A stretch of 64,000 nucleotides of DNA from an uncultured delta proteobacterium. Its GTDB lineage: Bacteria > Desulfobacterota > Desulfomonilia > Desulfomonilales > Desulfomonilaceae. The notes beneath the pieces are model-generated. The model was not told the DNA's origin and ran no database searches. It worked only from the letters and a program-made list of their open reading frames with translations. Positions 29,530-41,460 of this stretch are shown piece after piece. Positions within the stretch are counted from its first letter, which is position 1. Each line of letters starts with the position of its first letter. The translations under genes and the position numbers were made by a program. Location: positions 832,001-896,000 of the forward strand of contig CAWBKB010000003.1 in assembly GCA_963789265.1 (NCBI GenBank), given 5' to 3'.

Positions 29530-29844
29530 ATGAAAGCCAGCACGGCAACTGTCATGGTCGTGGCGCTCATATTTTTAATCACTTCCTTTGCCTTAGCGGA
29601 TGGGGTTTCCAGCTTAACAAAAAAAGGCCGCATAGTGACGACGTACAATTCCAGAGAAAGGTGCCAGGTAATTTGCAAGGGTCCAACACCTTTCTTGGAA
29701 AGGATCGAAAATGCGCTAGCTTACACACTGGACATTCCTCTTGCGATATTGAGCCCCATCACATGCCCGGTTGTGTCCCCGCTGCTCGACAAAATCGACC
29801 CTGTGGAAAACAGAAGTTATGCTCGTACCCCCCGAAAAAGGTGA
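29530..29844 (+). CDS. Hypothetical secreted protein
   Basis: GGAGG RBS, signal peptide ending ALA, three Cys, hydrophobic LDIPLAILSP segment. Confidence 0.7.
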   Translation: MKASTATVMVVALIFLITSFALADGVSSLTKKGRIVTTYNSRERCQVICKGPTPFLERIENALAYTLDIPLAILSPITCPVVSPLLDKIDPVENRSYARTPRKR

Positions 29845-29892
29845 CCCTTACGGTCCGGTCCATCCTGCAGACGTCCTCTCCAGGGGGGAGAG

Positions 29893-30358
29893 ATGTCGGA
29901 TCTTCTACAGTAGAGTAGTAGATTTGGCTGTGGCACGAAGCCTGCTAAGTCCGGATCCTAATACCGAAATCGGTCATTTTGCTTTCTCTCCTCACTACTA
30001 TCAGGGTAAAAAAGCTGAACTGGCGCTACAGCGGACTCTTCGTGAATTCGAGAAAAAATACCCGGAAATGGCTGTTGAACGCAGGACGAAGAAAGACCAA
30101 ATATTTCTCGGCGCTGTGGGGAGCTACCTCAGTTCGGACAGCGCCGAAAAGGCGGAAGAACTAATCCTTGTTGGGGCGACTTACTGCGTCTGGCCCGTAG
30201 GAACCTCCTTTGCACTGACCTACCCCTGGGACTTGAATGGAAAGGAGCGCCCCGTGAGGTTCCGAAAAGATCTGAACGACTTCATGAAGCGTAGGATTAT
30301 AGCCATCCTCCGTAAAGCGGGCAAACTTGGTCATAGCGATCTATTCGGAATATGGTGA
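29893..30358 (+). CDS. Hypothetical protein (+1 frameshift near 29911)
   Basis: GGGGGAG RBS, MSDLLQ then one extra base, then RVVDLAVARSLL... to the stop at 30358; no family recognised. Confidence 0.55.
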
Positions 30359-30369
30359 CGCGTGACTGT

Positions 30370-30552
30370 TACTCGATTTCCTAAATACGGCGCCTCATTT
30401 CCGGGCAATGTTGTGAGTGCGTGCAGTCCTATCCGACGCCGTCACCCCAGACTCATGCACGGGGTCCGGTCCTTCCCCCGTTCGCGGGACCGCGTGCACG
30501 GCAATGGCGGCAATGGTGCAAGAATACAAGACTGGATTTAGGCATCAGAGTA
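30370..30552. mobile_element. MITE-like element
   Basis: Left TACTCGATTTCCTAAAT vs reverse complement of right end TACTCTGATGCCTAAAT; left end is 17/21 identical to the left end at 58361. Confidence 0.55.
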
Positions 30553-30576
30553 CTTGAATAAACGGAGTTCCTAAAT

Positions 30577-31122
30577 TCATTTCAGGCGAAAGCATTTCTC
30601 ACCTGGAACTTCACCCTTAAGGCGGAACTCAAGCTCCTTGGGGGGCACGTCAAGCGGCGGACCCACGATCTCCCATTCTTTCGACTTCTCATTCCACATA
30701 TACTGTTGCGAAGAGATTTTTTTCTTTGTTTGACGGTAGATATTGAGCCACCAGCCTCTATCCAGTTTGGAGTAGCATGTCTTGAAGTGTATGACATTAG
30801 GTATCTCTTTAGCGAACTTACGCGCCGATTCATTCACTTCATCTTTCAAACGTAGGTCTGTTTCGGCCTCAGAAATCTTTTCTCGACCCGGGGGAGCAGG
30901 AGGAGTATAGGCCGGAGCGGAATTTGAAGGGGTCTGGCCCGCCTCTTTGCCGGCCGATTTTGGTGCCGGCGCGGTTTTTGCCTGTCCCGTCATGCGCTTG
31001 GGGGCGGGTGGATTTTGCGGTTCAGCGGGGCCTTTAACTGATTCAAGACCAGGCACGCATCCCAGCAAGAGTAATGCAGCTAAAATGAGAGTTGCGGCCA
31101 GAAGGCTTAAAGCGGCTTTCAT
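30577..31122 (-). CDS. Hypothetical lipoprotein
   Basis: MKAALSLLAATLILAALLLLGC lipobox, Pro/Ala linker, Trp-rich C-terminal domain with two Cys. Confidence 0.75.
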   Translation of the reverse strand: MKAALSLLAATLILAALLLLGCVPGLESVKGPAEPQNPPAPKRMTGQAKTAPAPKSAGKEAGQTPSNSAPAYTPPAPPGREKISEAETDLRLKDEVNESARKFAKEIPNVIHFKTCYSKLDRGWWLNIYRQTKKKISSQQYMWNEKSKEWEIVGPPLDVPPKELEFRLKGEVPGEKCFRLK

Positions 31123-31495
31123 GAATTCATTCCGTTTTTGGACACCTAGTAAGCCTACACTGCGCACAATATCATCAACCGGTCGATATTACAAGGTCAT
31201 ACAGGCAACATGTTGTCGAAATCATTTAAAACCCTGGGGGTAGGTTCTGCCTTAGAGCCCCTGATATACGAAGCATCCGATCGGATAGATTCTCTCCGTA
31301 ATCCCTCAATTATGGGCGGCAGAATTGTCATCGCCGGCCCCGCGGGACGAGGGACGAAGCAATCTTTTCCTTTAACCGTTTATATTGCTCCGTCATTTTA
31401 CTCCTGGCGCAGACGGAAACCATAAGATTCCCCTCGTAAGTGAGTTTACACTTCTCTCTGAAGAATCCGACTGAGATATGTTATAAAATTCAACC

Positions 31496-32884
31496 ATGGC
31501 AAAAGGTAATCCAAGAAAAGTCGTGGCGTTGGTAGGACGACCCAACGTTGGGAAATCCACGATGTTCAATAGGCTGTTGAAGAGTAGGAAAGCTCTGGTG
31601 GAGGATGTGCCCGGGCTGACCCGGGACCGCAACTATGCCGAAGTGACGCTCGCAAACAAACCATTTATCATTGTGGATACCGGCGGGTTCGAACCGACAA
31701 GCACCGATATTGTGCTCTCACAGATGAGGACTCAAACTGTCGTGGCCATCGAACAGGCAGACGTGATAATTTACCTTGGCGATGGAAAGGTCGGGGTCAC
31801 GCCCTCGGATCACGAAATAGTCCGTGCCCTTCAACGGACCGACAAGAAGGTTTTATACGCGGTCAACAAGATTGATTCGGAGAAGCAGGAAGATTTCGCT
31901 GTGGACTTTTATACACTAGGGGTAAAAGAAATCTTTCCTGTCAGTGCCTCGACCGGATATGGAATGAGCGATTTCGTTGACAGTCTCTTGGAAGAGATCC
32001 CCGAGAAAGAGACATCCTCGGGGGATGCGGAATCTACAACGGAACCGACTGTTAAAGTAGCGGTGGTGGGCAGGCCCAACGTCGGCAAATCTACCTTGAT
32101 AAATCTCTTGCTGGGGGAAGAAAGATTGGTGGCAAACCCGGAGCCGGGCACCACAAGAGATGCAATCGACACTACAGTGCGCCATTACGGCAAGGAATAT
32201 CTTTTCATCGACACCGCCGGCATAAGGAGACGTTCCCGCATCGTGGATCGTGTTGAAAAGTACAGCGTCATCAAGGCATTCAGAAGCATAGATCGAGCTG
32301 AAATTGTTCTCGTAATGCTGGATTCGAGAGAAGGAGTAACCGAACAAGATGCCCGAATTGCCGGATATGCCTTCGAGAAAGGGAGAGGGGTAATACTGGT
32401 GCTCAACAAATGGGATCTTATTCCGAAAGACAGTACTACCGTCGACAAATTCATCGCTCATGTTAGGGATTCTCTGAAGTATCTGCAATATGCGCCTATA
32501 ATTACCATCTCGGCATTAGAGGGGACCAGGGCGGTCAAACTCTTCAACTTGATTAACGATATTGAGACAAAGTTCCGCACGAGGATAAACACCGCGGAGT
32601 TGAACAAATTTCTGGAAGTAACATTGCCCTCTCACCCTCCCGGAATGCACCGCAAAGGCAAACGGATCAAAATCTACTATATGACGCAGGTGCGGGTCGC
32701 GCCTCCGACGTTTACTCTCTTTTGTAATTATCCCGAGTCCATTCATTTTTCTTATAAGCGATTCCTGGAAAACCGTTTGCGAGAGACTTTCGACTTTGAC
32801 GGCTCGCCACTGCGTCTGGTGTTCAAGAAACGACTGGGAAAATCGTTGGATCAAGCCCGGGCCCATAAGAGGGCTTCGGGGTAA
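31496..32884 (+). CDS. der: Ribosome biogenesis GTPase Der (EngA)
   Basis: Two GRPNVGKS G-domains, DTGG/DTAG, NKID/NKWD, KH-like C-terminus. Confidence 0.97.
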   Translation: MAKGNPRKVVALVGRPNVGKSTMFNRLLKSRKALVEDVPGLTRDRNYAEVTLANKPFIIVDTGGFEPTSTDIVLSQMRTQTVVAIEQADVIIYLGDGKVGVTPSDHEIVRALQRTDKKVLYAVNKIDSEKQEDFAVDFYTLGVKEIFPVSASTGYGMSDFVDSLLEEIPEKETSSGDAESTTEPTVKVAVVGRPNVGKSTLINLLLGEERLVANPEPGTTRDAIDTTVRHYGKEYLFIDTAGIRRRSRIVDRVEKYSVIKAFRSIDRAEIVLVMLDSREGVTEQDARIAGYAFEKGRGVILVLNKWDLIPKDSTTVDKFIAHVRDSLKYLQYAPIITISALEGTRAVKLFNLINDIETKFRTRINTAELNKFLEVTLPSHPPGMHRKGKRIKIYYMTQVRVAPPTFTLFCNYPESIHFSYKRFLENRLRETFDFDGSPLRLVFKKRLGKSLDQARAHKRASG

Positions 32885-33057
32885 CCCGCTTGGAACGGAA
32901 TACAGTTCAAGCCGGCTGACTTGCGAATTCTGGAGAGAATGCCGAAATATTTGATGTGAGCATTCAGGAGTACGATTACCGCCAGTTGCGTCATCGATTC
33001 GCAGGCCGGAACATTTTGGGACAAATAACCGTGCAACATGAACAGAAAGTAAAAAGC

Positions 33058-35241
33058 ATGTCACAGCCGCTTGTGGGTCCGGGCGGCAAGCCGATAGTGC
33101 GATTCGGCGAGATTCAGGACCTCGTCAAATCTTATTACCCGGATGCCGATCTGGACCTGATTCGAGCGGCCTACGTCTATTCCGCGCAAGTTCACGTCGG
33201 CCAAAAGCGAATATCCGGCGAGCCCTACCTTGTGCACCCTGTGGCCGTGGCAAGCATCCTTGCTCAAATGAAGCTGGACGAAGCCTCGGTTGCAACCGGT
33301 CTTTTGCACGATACAGTGGAGGACACACTTACCACCATTGAGGACCTGGAGCGCTTCTTCGGCAAAGAGATCGCTACCCTGGTCGATGGCGTGACAAAAA
33401 TAAGCAAGATCGAGTTTCAGTCAAAGGAAGAGCGGCAGGCCGAAAATTTCCGCAAAATGATTCTTGCTATGAGCCGCGACATCAGGGTGCTTTTAGTCAA
33501 ACTGGCTGATCGGCTTCATAATATGCGTACGCTTGATCCCATGCCAATCGAGGCTCGGAAGAGAATCGCGGGGAAACAATGGAGATCTACGCTCCTTTGG
33601 CCGCGAGGCTGGGCATATATTGGATGCGGACGGAACTCGAGGACCTCGCATTTAGATACCTTGAACCCGAGCGGTACAACTATATAAAGACTCGCCTTGA
33701 CGAAACAATAAAGCAAACCGAAGAATACGTTAACAATGTTCTGAGAATCATTCGTGAGAAATTGGCGCAATATAACATAAAGGCCGAGACAAAAGGTCGC
33801 TACAAAGAGATTTATAGCGTCCATCATAAGATGCAGTCCCAGAATCTCGAATTCGATCAGGTTCACGACCTTACCGTGTTCCGTATCATCTTGACCAATG
33901 TCAGCGAGTGCTATGCCGTTCTGGGCCTAATTCATTCTTTGTGGCGACCTGTGGCCGGCCGGTTCAAAGACTACGTAGCCATGCCCAAGAGCAATGGCTA
34001 CCAATCTCTCCATACTACGGTCATTGGGCCGCAAGGGGCACGTATAGAAATACAGATACGGACCTATGAGATGGATCTTATCGCTGAAGAAGGGATTGCA
34101 GCCCACTGGTCGTACAAAGAGGGAAAGGTTGTTGATGCTGAAGATGCCAAGGTTATTACTTGGTTGCGCCAGATGATGGAGTGGCAGCAGGACCTGGACG
34201 ATCCCAGAGAGTTCTTCGAGAACGTGCGGGTGGATCTTTATCCGGATGAGGTCTACGTCTTTACCCCTAAAGGAGAAGTGAAAGAATTCCCCAAAGGGGC
34301 CACCCCCTTGGATTTTGCTTACTCCATCCACACTGAAGTGGGGCATAGGTGTGTGGGGGCCCGTGTCAACGGGAAGATGGTCTCGCTGAAGTATCAATTG
34401 AACACCGGAGACAGCGTCGAGATAGTCACGTCGGTGCACCAGAAGCCCAGCAAAGACTGGCTCAAGTATGTGAAGACGGGGCGGGCCAGAACCAAGATCC
34501 GCCATTTTGTTCTCGCGGAGGAACGGGAGCGCGCGATCGAGATGGGGAAAGACAGCGTGGATCGCGAACTCCGCAAGTGGCGCATCGACTTGAATCGGGC
34601 CGAAAAAGAAGGCCAAATCCTTGAGGTCGCACATGAGTTCAGCTTCAAGGGCGACGAGGATCTCTATGCTGCCATTGGGTACGGCCGACTCTCCCCCAAG
34701 GTGGTCATTACAAAGTTAGTGCCGCCCCAGGAGCGGGAAAAGGCCAAAGCTGCCCTCACCGAAGAAAAACAGGTCAAAAGGGAAACGCGGCGCGACAAAA
34801 AGCGGCGTGAGGGTCCAGGGATTGGCCGATGTGATGGTCAACTTTGCGAAGTGCTGCAATCCGCTGCCGGGCGACTCTATCTTGGGATTCATTACCCGAG
34901 GCCGAGGGGTGACCATACATAAAGAAGACTGTATAAACCTTCAGACTACCGATTCGAAGAGGATTGTTGATGTGAGCTGGGACGAAAATCAATCCTTCAG
35001 CCGGATCGTGAGGCTGGGCATCGAAACTGAAAACAGGACCGGCATGCTCGCTACCATAAGTGGTGTATTTTCGTCGAACGATTCGGATATTGTCCAGGCC
35101 AATGTTAAGACGCTTAGTGACCATCATGCGCAGGGGATCTTCATGGTTTCCGTCCGGAATTTGGAGCACTTAACACGTATCATGAACGCGCTGCGAACCG
35201 TCAAGGGGGTGGAAAAGGTCGAACGCCTGGGAATTGTGTGA
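33058..35241 (+). CDS. rel: Bifunctional (p)ppGpp synthetase/hydrolase Rel (frameshifts near 33572 and 34790)
   Basis: SGEPYLVHP, LLHDTVED, KLADRLHNMRTL; RFKDY..PKSNGYQSLHT, EIQIRT; TGS domain; CCNPLPGD; ACT domain. Confidence 0.95.
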
Positions 35242-35425
35242 CCGGGCCGATGACCGTCATTGTCATTGCCTAGGTTTTGGTCCGCTCGCCGGGCCGGCCT
35301 TGCAAATGCAGGAGTTGCCGTTTTGAACCCGTTTCTGAAAACCGCCACGCCCTGAGCCCAACAGCGACCGCTGCAAAGCGATACAGACAAACTTGAAAGA
35401 GCTTCAGTAAGGCGGAGGGCAAACC

Positions 35426-35645
35426 ATGATTGAGCCACACGAGGGCCAGGTAATCATCTACCGCGACGGAGCCCTCAAGCTTCAGGTCCGACTCGATGCT
35501 CAGACGGTGTGGCTTACTCAGGCTGGCATGGCCGAGTTGTTTCAGACCTCGCCGCAAAACATAACTATTCATATTAAGAGCATTTATGCGGACCGAGAAC
35601 AGGATGAGACAGCAACTTGTAAAGATTACTTACAAGTTCGCACCA
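35426..35645 (+). pseudogene. RhuM/virulence-protein family 5' fragment
   Basis: GQVIIY...LQVRLDAQTVWLTQAGMAELFQTSPQNITIHIKSIY...[10 protein letters not shown], then similarity is lost. Confidence 0.8.
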
Positions 35646-35649
35646 GAGA

Positions 35650-36180
35650 CGCATCATCTATGACAAGGCCCGTATGGTGGACTTCGAGGAGCCGGATAAC
35701 AACGACTGGCTGGCGGTCAACCAGTTCACGGTTGTTGAAGGCCAGCACAGCCGCCGAGCAGACATCGTCGTCTTTCTCAACGGTCTGCCTCTGGCTGTCA
35801 TCGAACTCAAGAATCCGGCCGATGAGAATGCTACTATCTGGACGGCGTTCAACCAACTCGAGACCTACAAGTAACAAATCCAATCGCTATTCTCCTTCAA
35901 TGAACTGCTGGTTGTTTCTGACGGGTTGGAGGCTCGTATCGGGTCAGTGACAGCAGGCCAGGAGTGGTTCCTGCCTTGGTGTACCATTGAGGGCGAAGAA
36001 TCGGCTCCCGCTTCAATGCCACAATTGGAGGTGCTTCTCAGAGGAGTCTTTGAGAAGAAGCGACTACTGAATTTCCTTCGCCATTTCATTGTCTTTGAAG
36101 AAGAAAAAGGGAGAGGACTGGTCAAGAAGCTCGCAGGATATCACCAGTTCCATGCTGTAGGACAGGCGGTCAAGGAGACC
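35650..36180 (+). pseudogene. Type I restriction subunit HsdR internal fragment with in-frame stop
   Basis: [19 protein letters not shown]...[24 protein letters not shown]...[23 protein letters not shown]...AGYHQFHAV; ends before the helicase motifs. Confidence 0.88.
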
Positions 36181-36644
36181 TTCAGCTTCACAAGATCCTT
36201 CTTCTTCTGTAGCCAGTCTCTTCCCCCCCTCAATGACTTGGCATAGGGGATAGGGCTGTCCGAAAGGATTCCTGCTAAGTCGGCGAGAGGTTTCTTCAGG
36301 CCTTTCCAGAGTCGTTGATCAGTGCCCAGCACAGCTTCTAGTTGATCGAAGAATTGTCTGAGCAAGTCTTCATGACCAGAGAACCACCAGGGATTGAACC
36401 GAACGACAGTCGGCTGATCCATCACGGGCATGTAGTATAGGTAGTGAGTGATAAAATTGATCAAGGTCGTCTTGCCGGTACCCCATGGACCATGAATGCC
36501 CAGAACTAGACCCTCTGTAGGGGTCATTCGGTAAATGGCTTCTGCAACAGACTTTGCGAACGGAGCATATCCGAAACGATCCCGGGATTCAGGATGTGTC
36601 GCAGCCTTGTCGCTGAAAAGCATGTGGAATCTCGGCGTAGGCAT
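36181..36644 (-). pseudogene. KAP-family P-loop NTPase 5' fragment
   Basis: DRFGYAPFAKSVA, LVLGIHGPWGTGKTT, VRFNPWWFSG..DLLRQFF; truncated before Walker B where it meets the hsdR fragment. Confidence 0.85.
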
Positions 36645-36767
36645 ATATCACACCACATGGTCGGTTCGGGTCCCCGAAGGGAAGATGAACCTCAGGTAGC
36701 GAACTCCTGCGTAAGCGGAGGCTCAATCATTCGGGTTCTTGATCATGCGCATGCCCGAAGTTCTGTG

Positions 36768-37124
36768 TCAGCGGTCTGGAGAGATGTGATACACTCTCAG
36801 CATCTCATCCCCATAATGGTTGATCACTTTCACAGCAATCTTGCCTGTCTGCGGTCGCTTGAAGGGGCGGCTCTTGGTTCGGTAGAGCTGATCCCAGGCG
36901 TCTTCGTTGATTTCTGCTTTGAGTGCTTTAGAGAGTTTTTCGTATGGTCGGTCAGCGCCGGTAAAATAAGCATGGCGCACAAAGAAGCTCTCACCGTTGT
37001 AGTTCGTGTCGATGAACCAGCAGGCGATGTCGTCAGTAATCCCTTCCTCGGAGAAGCGGAAATGACGAGCGGGTTCCTTGTAAGGAGAGTTGATTACGGG
37101 ATTTTCAATGATTACCTGTTTCAC
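36768..37124 (-). pseudogene. In-frame chimera of type III restriction subunit N-terminus and Mod methyltransferase C-terminus
   Basis: MKQVIIENPVINSPYKEPARHFRFSEEGITD (Res-like start) joined to DDIACWFIDTNYNGESFFVRHAYF...TGKIAVKVINHYGDE (Mod-like end). Confidence 0.72.
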
Positions 37125-37271
37125 CCTTTGATCCTTTCCGCAATCAGTGCGGCCGGAAAAAATTACACCAGCACAGGTTTCTAAGACCAGGAAAATCCTC
37201 GTGCGCTAAAGGTTTTCAGGCTGCTCGGGTGGGTTCCTCATCAAATCCCGGGAGTGAATCAGAACTAATTG

Positions 37272-40200
37272 CTATTGTTCTGACCTAATGTTCTCAAATG
37301 GTTCCAGGCGGATATCAGGAGATCCATAAAATCCTCGCACTCTGAATGTGGTTGTAAGTATCTTTCCGTCCTTGGTCAGGAGATTGCCGAATAGTCCGGA
37401 AACAATTGTGTCCAAGCCGACCAGAGGGGATACATGGACTTTGAAATCTACGCGTTTCTGGTTGCCGAAATACATTCCGGAAGCATTTATTCTCGCGGCA
37501 TCAGATGCCAACTTTAGGTCTTTGACCCTCCATTTGTCGTCAAAGACCGCCATTGTCCAGGTCAGGCGATAAAAAGGGAGCCCTTCCGACATTATGTCGG
37601 GAAACCTTCCCCGCACAATGGAACCGAGGTTAACTACTGAAAATAGCTTCGAAAGAATTTCGAAGCGGTGTATGACTCCGTCATGAACGCGTACCTCAAC
37701 ATTCCCGACTTTGTACACTCCTCCATTTTCCCTTTTCGGACCCGTCTTCCACTCTAAGTGGCCTTCTGTCAGGACTTTGCCTTCTAATTGGGCTTTGTCG
37801 GGGTCGAAGAGCATCATTCTCTCCATTTTCAGGTGATCTCCCTGAAAATCCAGAGTAAGAGGCTTCGATGTGTTTGCCCTGACGTCAAACAAAGCGCTGC
37901 CTCGGAGGGTCCCATCGGCAAAATTCATTTGCCATGCCGGGGCCCTTATCAATCCTCCCCTCCCTACAAGATTGGTCTTGAAATCCGAAAAAGTCCTCCA
38001 CTCCGTCTTCCCTTTAGCTATTTTGAGAGTTCCGATTCCTCTGCTTCGAGCTAGAAACCTGATTAGGAGGTTGGTGCGAATCCATTCACTCCAAGTGACA
38101 TTGCTGACATAAGCGGGAGGCTCTGTAAAATCAGTTGTATCCATGAAGGAGAAATCCAGGACGATCTCGAGCTTGGGATTATAAATGTCCGAGATCGAGG
38201 CCGTGCCGGACGCTAGTGAGCTGCCGACCCTTGCTCTTTCCATATTGAGGTCAACGGATTTTCCTCGCCAGCGAACGGTGCCGGTTAGACCCTCCAAGCG
38301 CTTATGCATTCCCATGAGACGAAGCGATACATGATTCAGCGCCAAGTTTGCGTCAACGGACAGGTCTCGGCACCTCTTCGGTCCAAGCCGAATGACCGCA
38401 TCCCCATCTATTCGCCCCCCTGGCTGAAATTCGAGAGTTGGATCCAGAATCGGGACAAGAGTGCCGGTCGGTACCCCCTTTGGGGGCAGATTTATCGACG
38501 CGACAATCTTTCCCTGATTATCAAAGGTGGCCTTGGCTGAAATCCGGCTTGCCGGGAGGATCAAATAAGCTTCTTCTATCTTGACTCCTGCCTTATCTCT
38601 GAAGCCCGAAGCCTCCACAAGGAGAGGGACTCCAGGCTTTTTCTTGATGATCGGGGCAATACGCAAACCATTGCCCTTAAAATCCAAGCGCGTGGAAAAA
38701 TTCATCGCCGAAGGGCTGCCGGTTAGTTTCATGGATAGCGGTATATGGTTGGATACCACCCAACCGGTGGGCATCAAATTCAGTTTCTTCAGGTCGTTGG
38801 GAGCCATCTTCAGTTGGCCTGAAACATCCATTTTCCCGGGAAAGATCTCTCCGCTCACTTCGGTTGCGCTCTCGCCGATCGTGCCTTTGACAGCCGAAAA
38901 GGTCACACCCGACGTGCGAAATCGCAAAGTGCCGTTGATTTTCTTAATCGGGAGCGGGAGTCCGGAAAACCGGCACTGAAAATCGTCCAGCACCACGCGT
39001 CCCTTCATATTCGGATGACTCAGATTGCCTTTTAGATCCAGAGTGACCGCCACACCTCCCTGCGGTTCGGTAATCCATTCTGACCACGGCTCAAGGTGGC
39101 GGGAAATCAATTTATTTTCGATAATCGGTCTCAAATCCTCAGCGCGGGCCGATAATGTGATGAACAAATCGCTCGTAGGCGAGGTCCTCAAATTCGTTAT
39201 CCAGCCGTTCAGTACCGATGGGGGAACTACCGACGGTCAGGCTGACTCCTTTGAACAGCATTTCATTCGCGTTAAGCCTCATTCGGCCCGTGGCGCCCCA
39301 CACGGGTACGCCAATTACGGGTACGAAGCCGGATATGTTGTCCAAATAAGCGTCAACCGTGAGCGAACCCCCCCAGTTTCGCTCTCTGAAGAGATCCGAC
39401 ACCCTGCCGGTCCAAGCACCCCCGGTTACCAGCAGATGCCCTTTGAGACCGGCTGCGACAAGCCGTTCCCGATCTTCCTTGCGCATCAGGTTTAAAGGAA
39501 TAAACGGAAAGAATTTCTGCAGGTCCAAGTCAGCCTTTCTCAGGGCTATACCGAGGGCTGGATCGGTTGTGGATAATCCGCCTATCGTAGCTCGGCCGGA
39601 TAAGCTGAGGCCGGGAAGCATCGCTTCAGAGACGTCAATATGCAGATTGTCGTTAAGCCGCTTCAAACTGAACTTGAGAGCGGCTTTAGCAACCGGCGCT
39701 TTGCCCCGAAAGGTGCGTCCCGGGAGCAAAACAGCCTGATACAGCGCCAAGTTACCTTTGACCTTGAAGGCCGGTGTTCGACCCGTAATCTCGGCAGTTC
39801 CGCTCAGGATGCCCGCCGAAAATGGAAGATCGTACCGGGTATATGCCGCGAGCGCGCAGAAAGGAAGTATAGGACAAGCCGACATCCGCACCCGAACATG
39901 GCCGCGCCACTCCCCCCCCTTAAATGGCGTCGAGTCTACGCGGCCCGAGACGTCAAAGAGGCCGGCCCTTTCACCTGAAGTGGCGATCCCCTTAATAGCT
40001 AAGTCCTCAGCGCCTCTAATAGTAAGATTCCGAACACTCAGTTGAATTTTCGAGAACAAGACCTTCTCGACATACCGATTGCCCAGAGAATTTCCCAGAA
40101 CCACGCGGCCTTGAAGCAACTCAAGTCGGCGTATAACCGGATAGAGCCGGAAGGCCGGGGCGTGCCAATCCGAAATGGTAAGCGCAGACGCGCCTTGCCT

Positions 40201-40692
40201 GATCTCAGGAAGAAAGATCGTCGACTGGAAAAGCTCCAGTCTGTTAATTTGCAGGGATCCGGAGAGAAAAGGGAGTGCACTAATTTCAATCACTACTTTC
40301 GGAACATTAAGCAGCAGCGGAGCGCCAGGCATCTCACGGACCTTGAGGTCGTTCAACGAAATCCTTGCTCGTTCCAGAGACAGCCAGGACAACTTTGCTG
40401 AGGAAAATGAAATACTTTTGTCAATTGAGCGCCCCAGCCGGTGAACGGCTATGCTTGCAACGGCATCGCCCGAAAGTCCCACCCTGATGAAAACCAAGAT
40501 TCCTGCGCATAGGAAGACGAAGCCCATGACAAGCAACAGAAGTGCTGCCATGATACGCCTTCGCAAGGTCGGCCGAGTCGCAACAGTTGAGGAGAGGTTT
40601 TCGCCCATTGAAGAATGCACGGGGTCAGTCCGGTTAGCCGGTGTCAAGTTTTCGGCAATTTGGGGAGAAGACAATGGAACAAGAATAGGCAA
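37272..40692 (-). CDS. AsmA-like / YhdP-type (DUF3971, AsmA_2) envelope protein (+1 frameshift near 39210)
   Basis: N-terminal TM, long beta-rich repeats, C-terminal GLPFYRLT...VSPLVGLDTIVS...FRVRGFYGSPDI. Confidence 0.75.
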
Positions 40693-40937
40693 TCACGCAT
40701 CCGACACGCTCTTCCTCATTCTAATACACCTATTGCCGAATCCTTGATCCCATTTGCGGGAACGTCCCAGGGCCTCGTCGGGGCACTCCATACGTCAAAA
40801 GAAGCCTTTGTCCCGACGCCGGGCCACCATAGGTCGCTCCTTCAATCTCGATTTGTGTTTCCACGAGAATGATGAGGAAACACCTATTGAAGTGAGCTTT
40901 CCGGATCCCTTAAACGCGAATCAAGGAGGCTCCAGCC

Positions 40938-41273
40938 TCACTTCTCGCGGCGGGTTTGTTTCTTGAGCCGTGATATTTTCCTTCTAAGTATATCCAAGCG
41001 AGAACTCGCTGCCCCCTGGGCCCTTTCCTCACCCTTCACCTTTTTGAGTTCGGATATCTTGGCCTTTATGTCGCGCACGCCTGTGGCTTTTTTCTGCGGT
41101 GGCTCTTCGATGCCCTTTGCCTTTCTCAAGACTGAGAGCAACTCTTCTTTATTCATACCATGAACGCCTTGAACATCAGGGACTTTCAATGCCTCTTCAC
41201 GCAATTCCTTAATAGTCCATCGTTCCAATGGCTTTTCTTTCTTCTCTTTCTGTTCCTTTTTCTTTCCAGCCAT
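40938..41273 (-). CDS. Rho termination factor N-terminal-domain small basic protein
   Basis: PLERWTIKELREEA...GVHGMNKEELL, then a Lys-rich coiled coil; GGAGGA RBS. Confidence 0.7.
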   Translation of the reverse strand: MAGKKKEQKEKKEKPLERWTIKELREEALKVPDVQGVHGMNKEELLSVLRKAKGIEEPPQKKATGVRDIKAKISELKKVKGEERAQGAASSRLDILRRKISRLKKQTRREK

Positions 41274-41460
41274 TTATCCTCCTGTCCGCGCAAGTCGTTT
41301 GTCTAGCGAGACGAATTATGATCGAGAACATGCAGAAATTCAACCGCTTTTTCTAGCACGGGAATGCTGATATGTCTACGGCCGGGGGCAGAATCGGTCA
41401 TGTAGTCGATTGTCCAGGTCGGGCCGGAGAGAACTCAGCACTGTCCAGCTATTCATGGAG

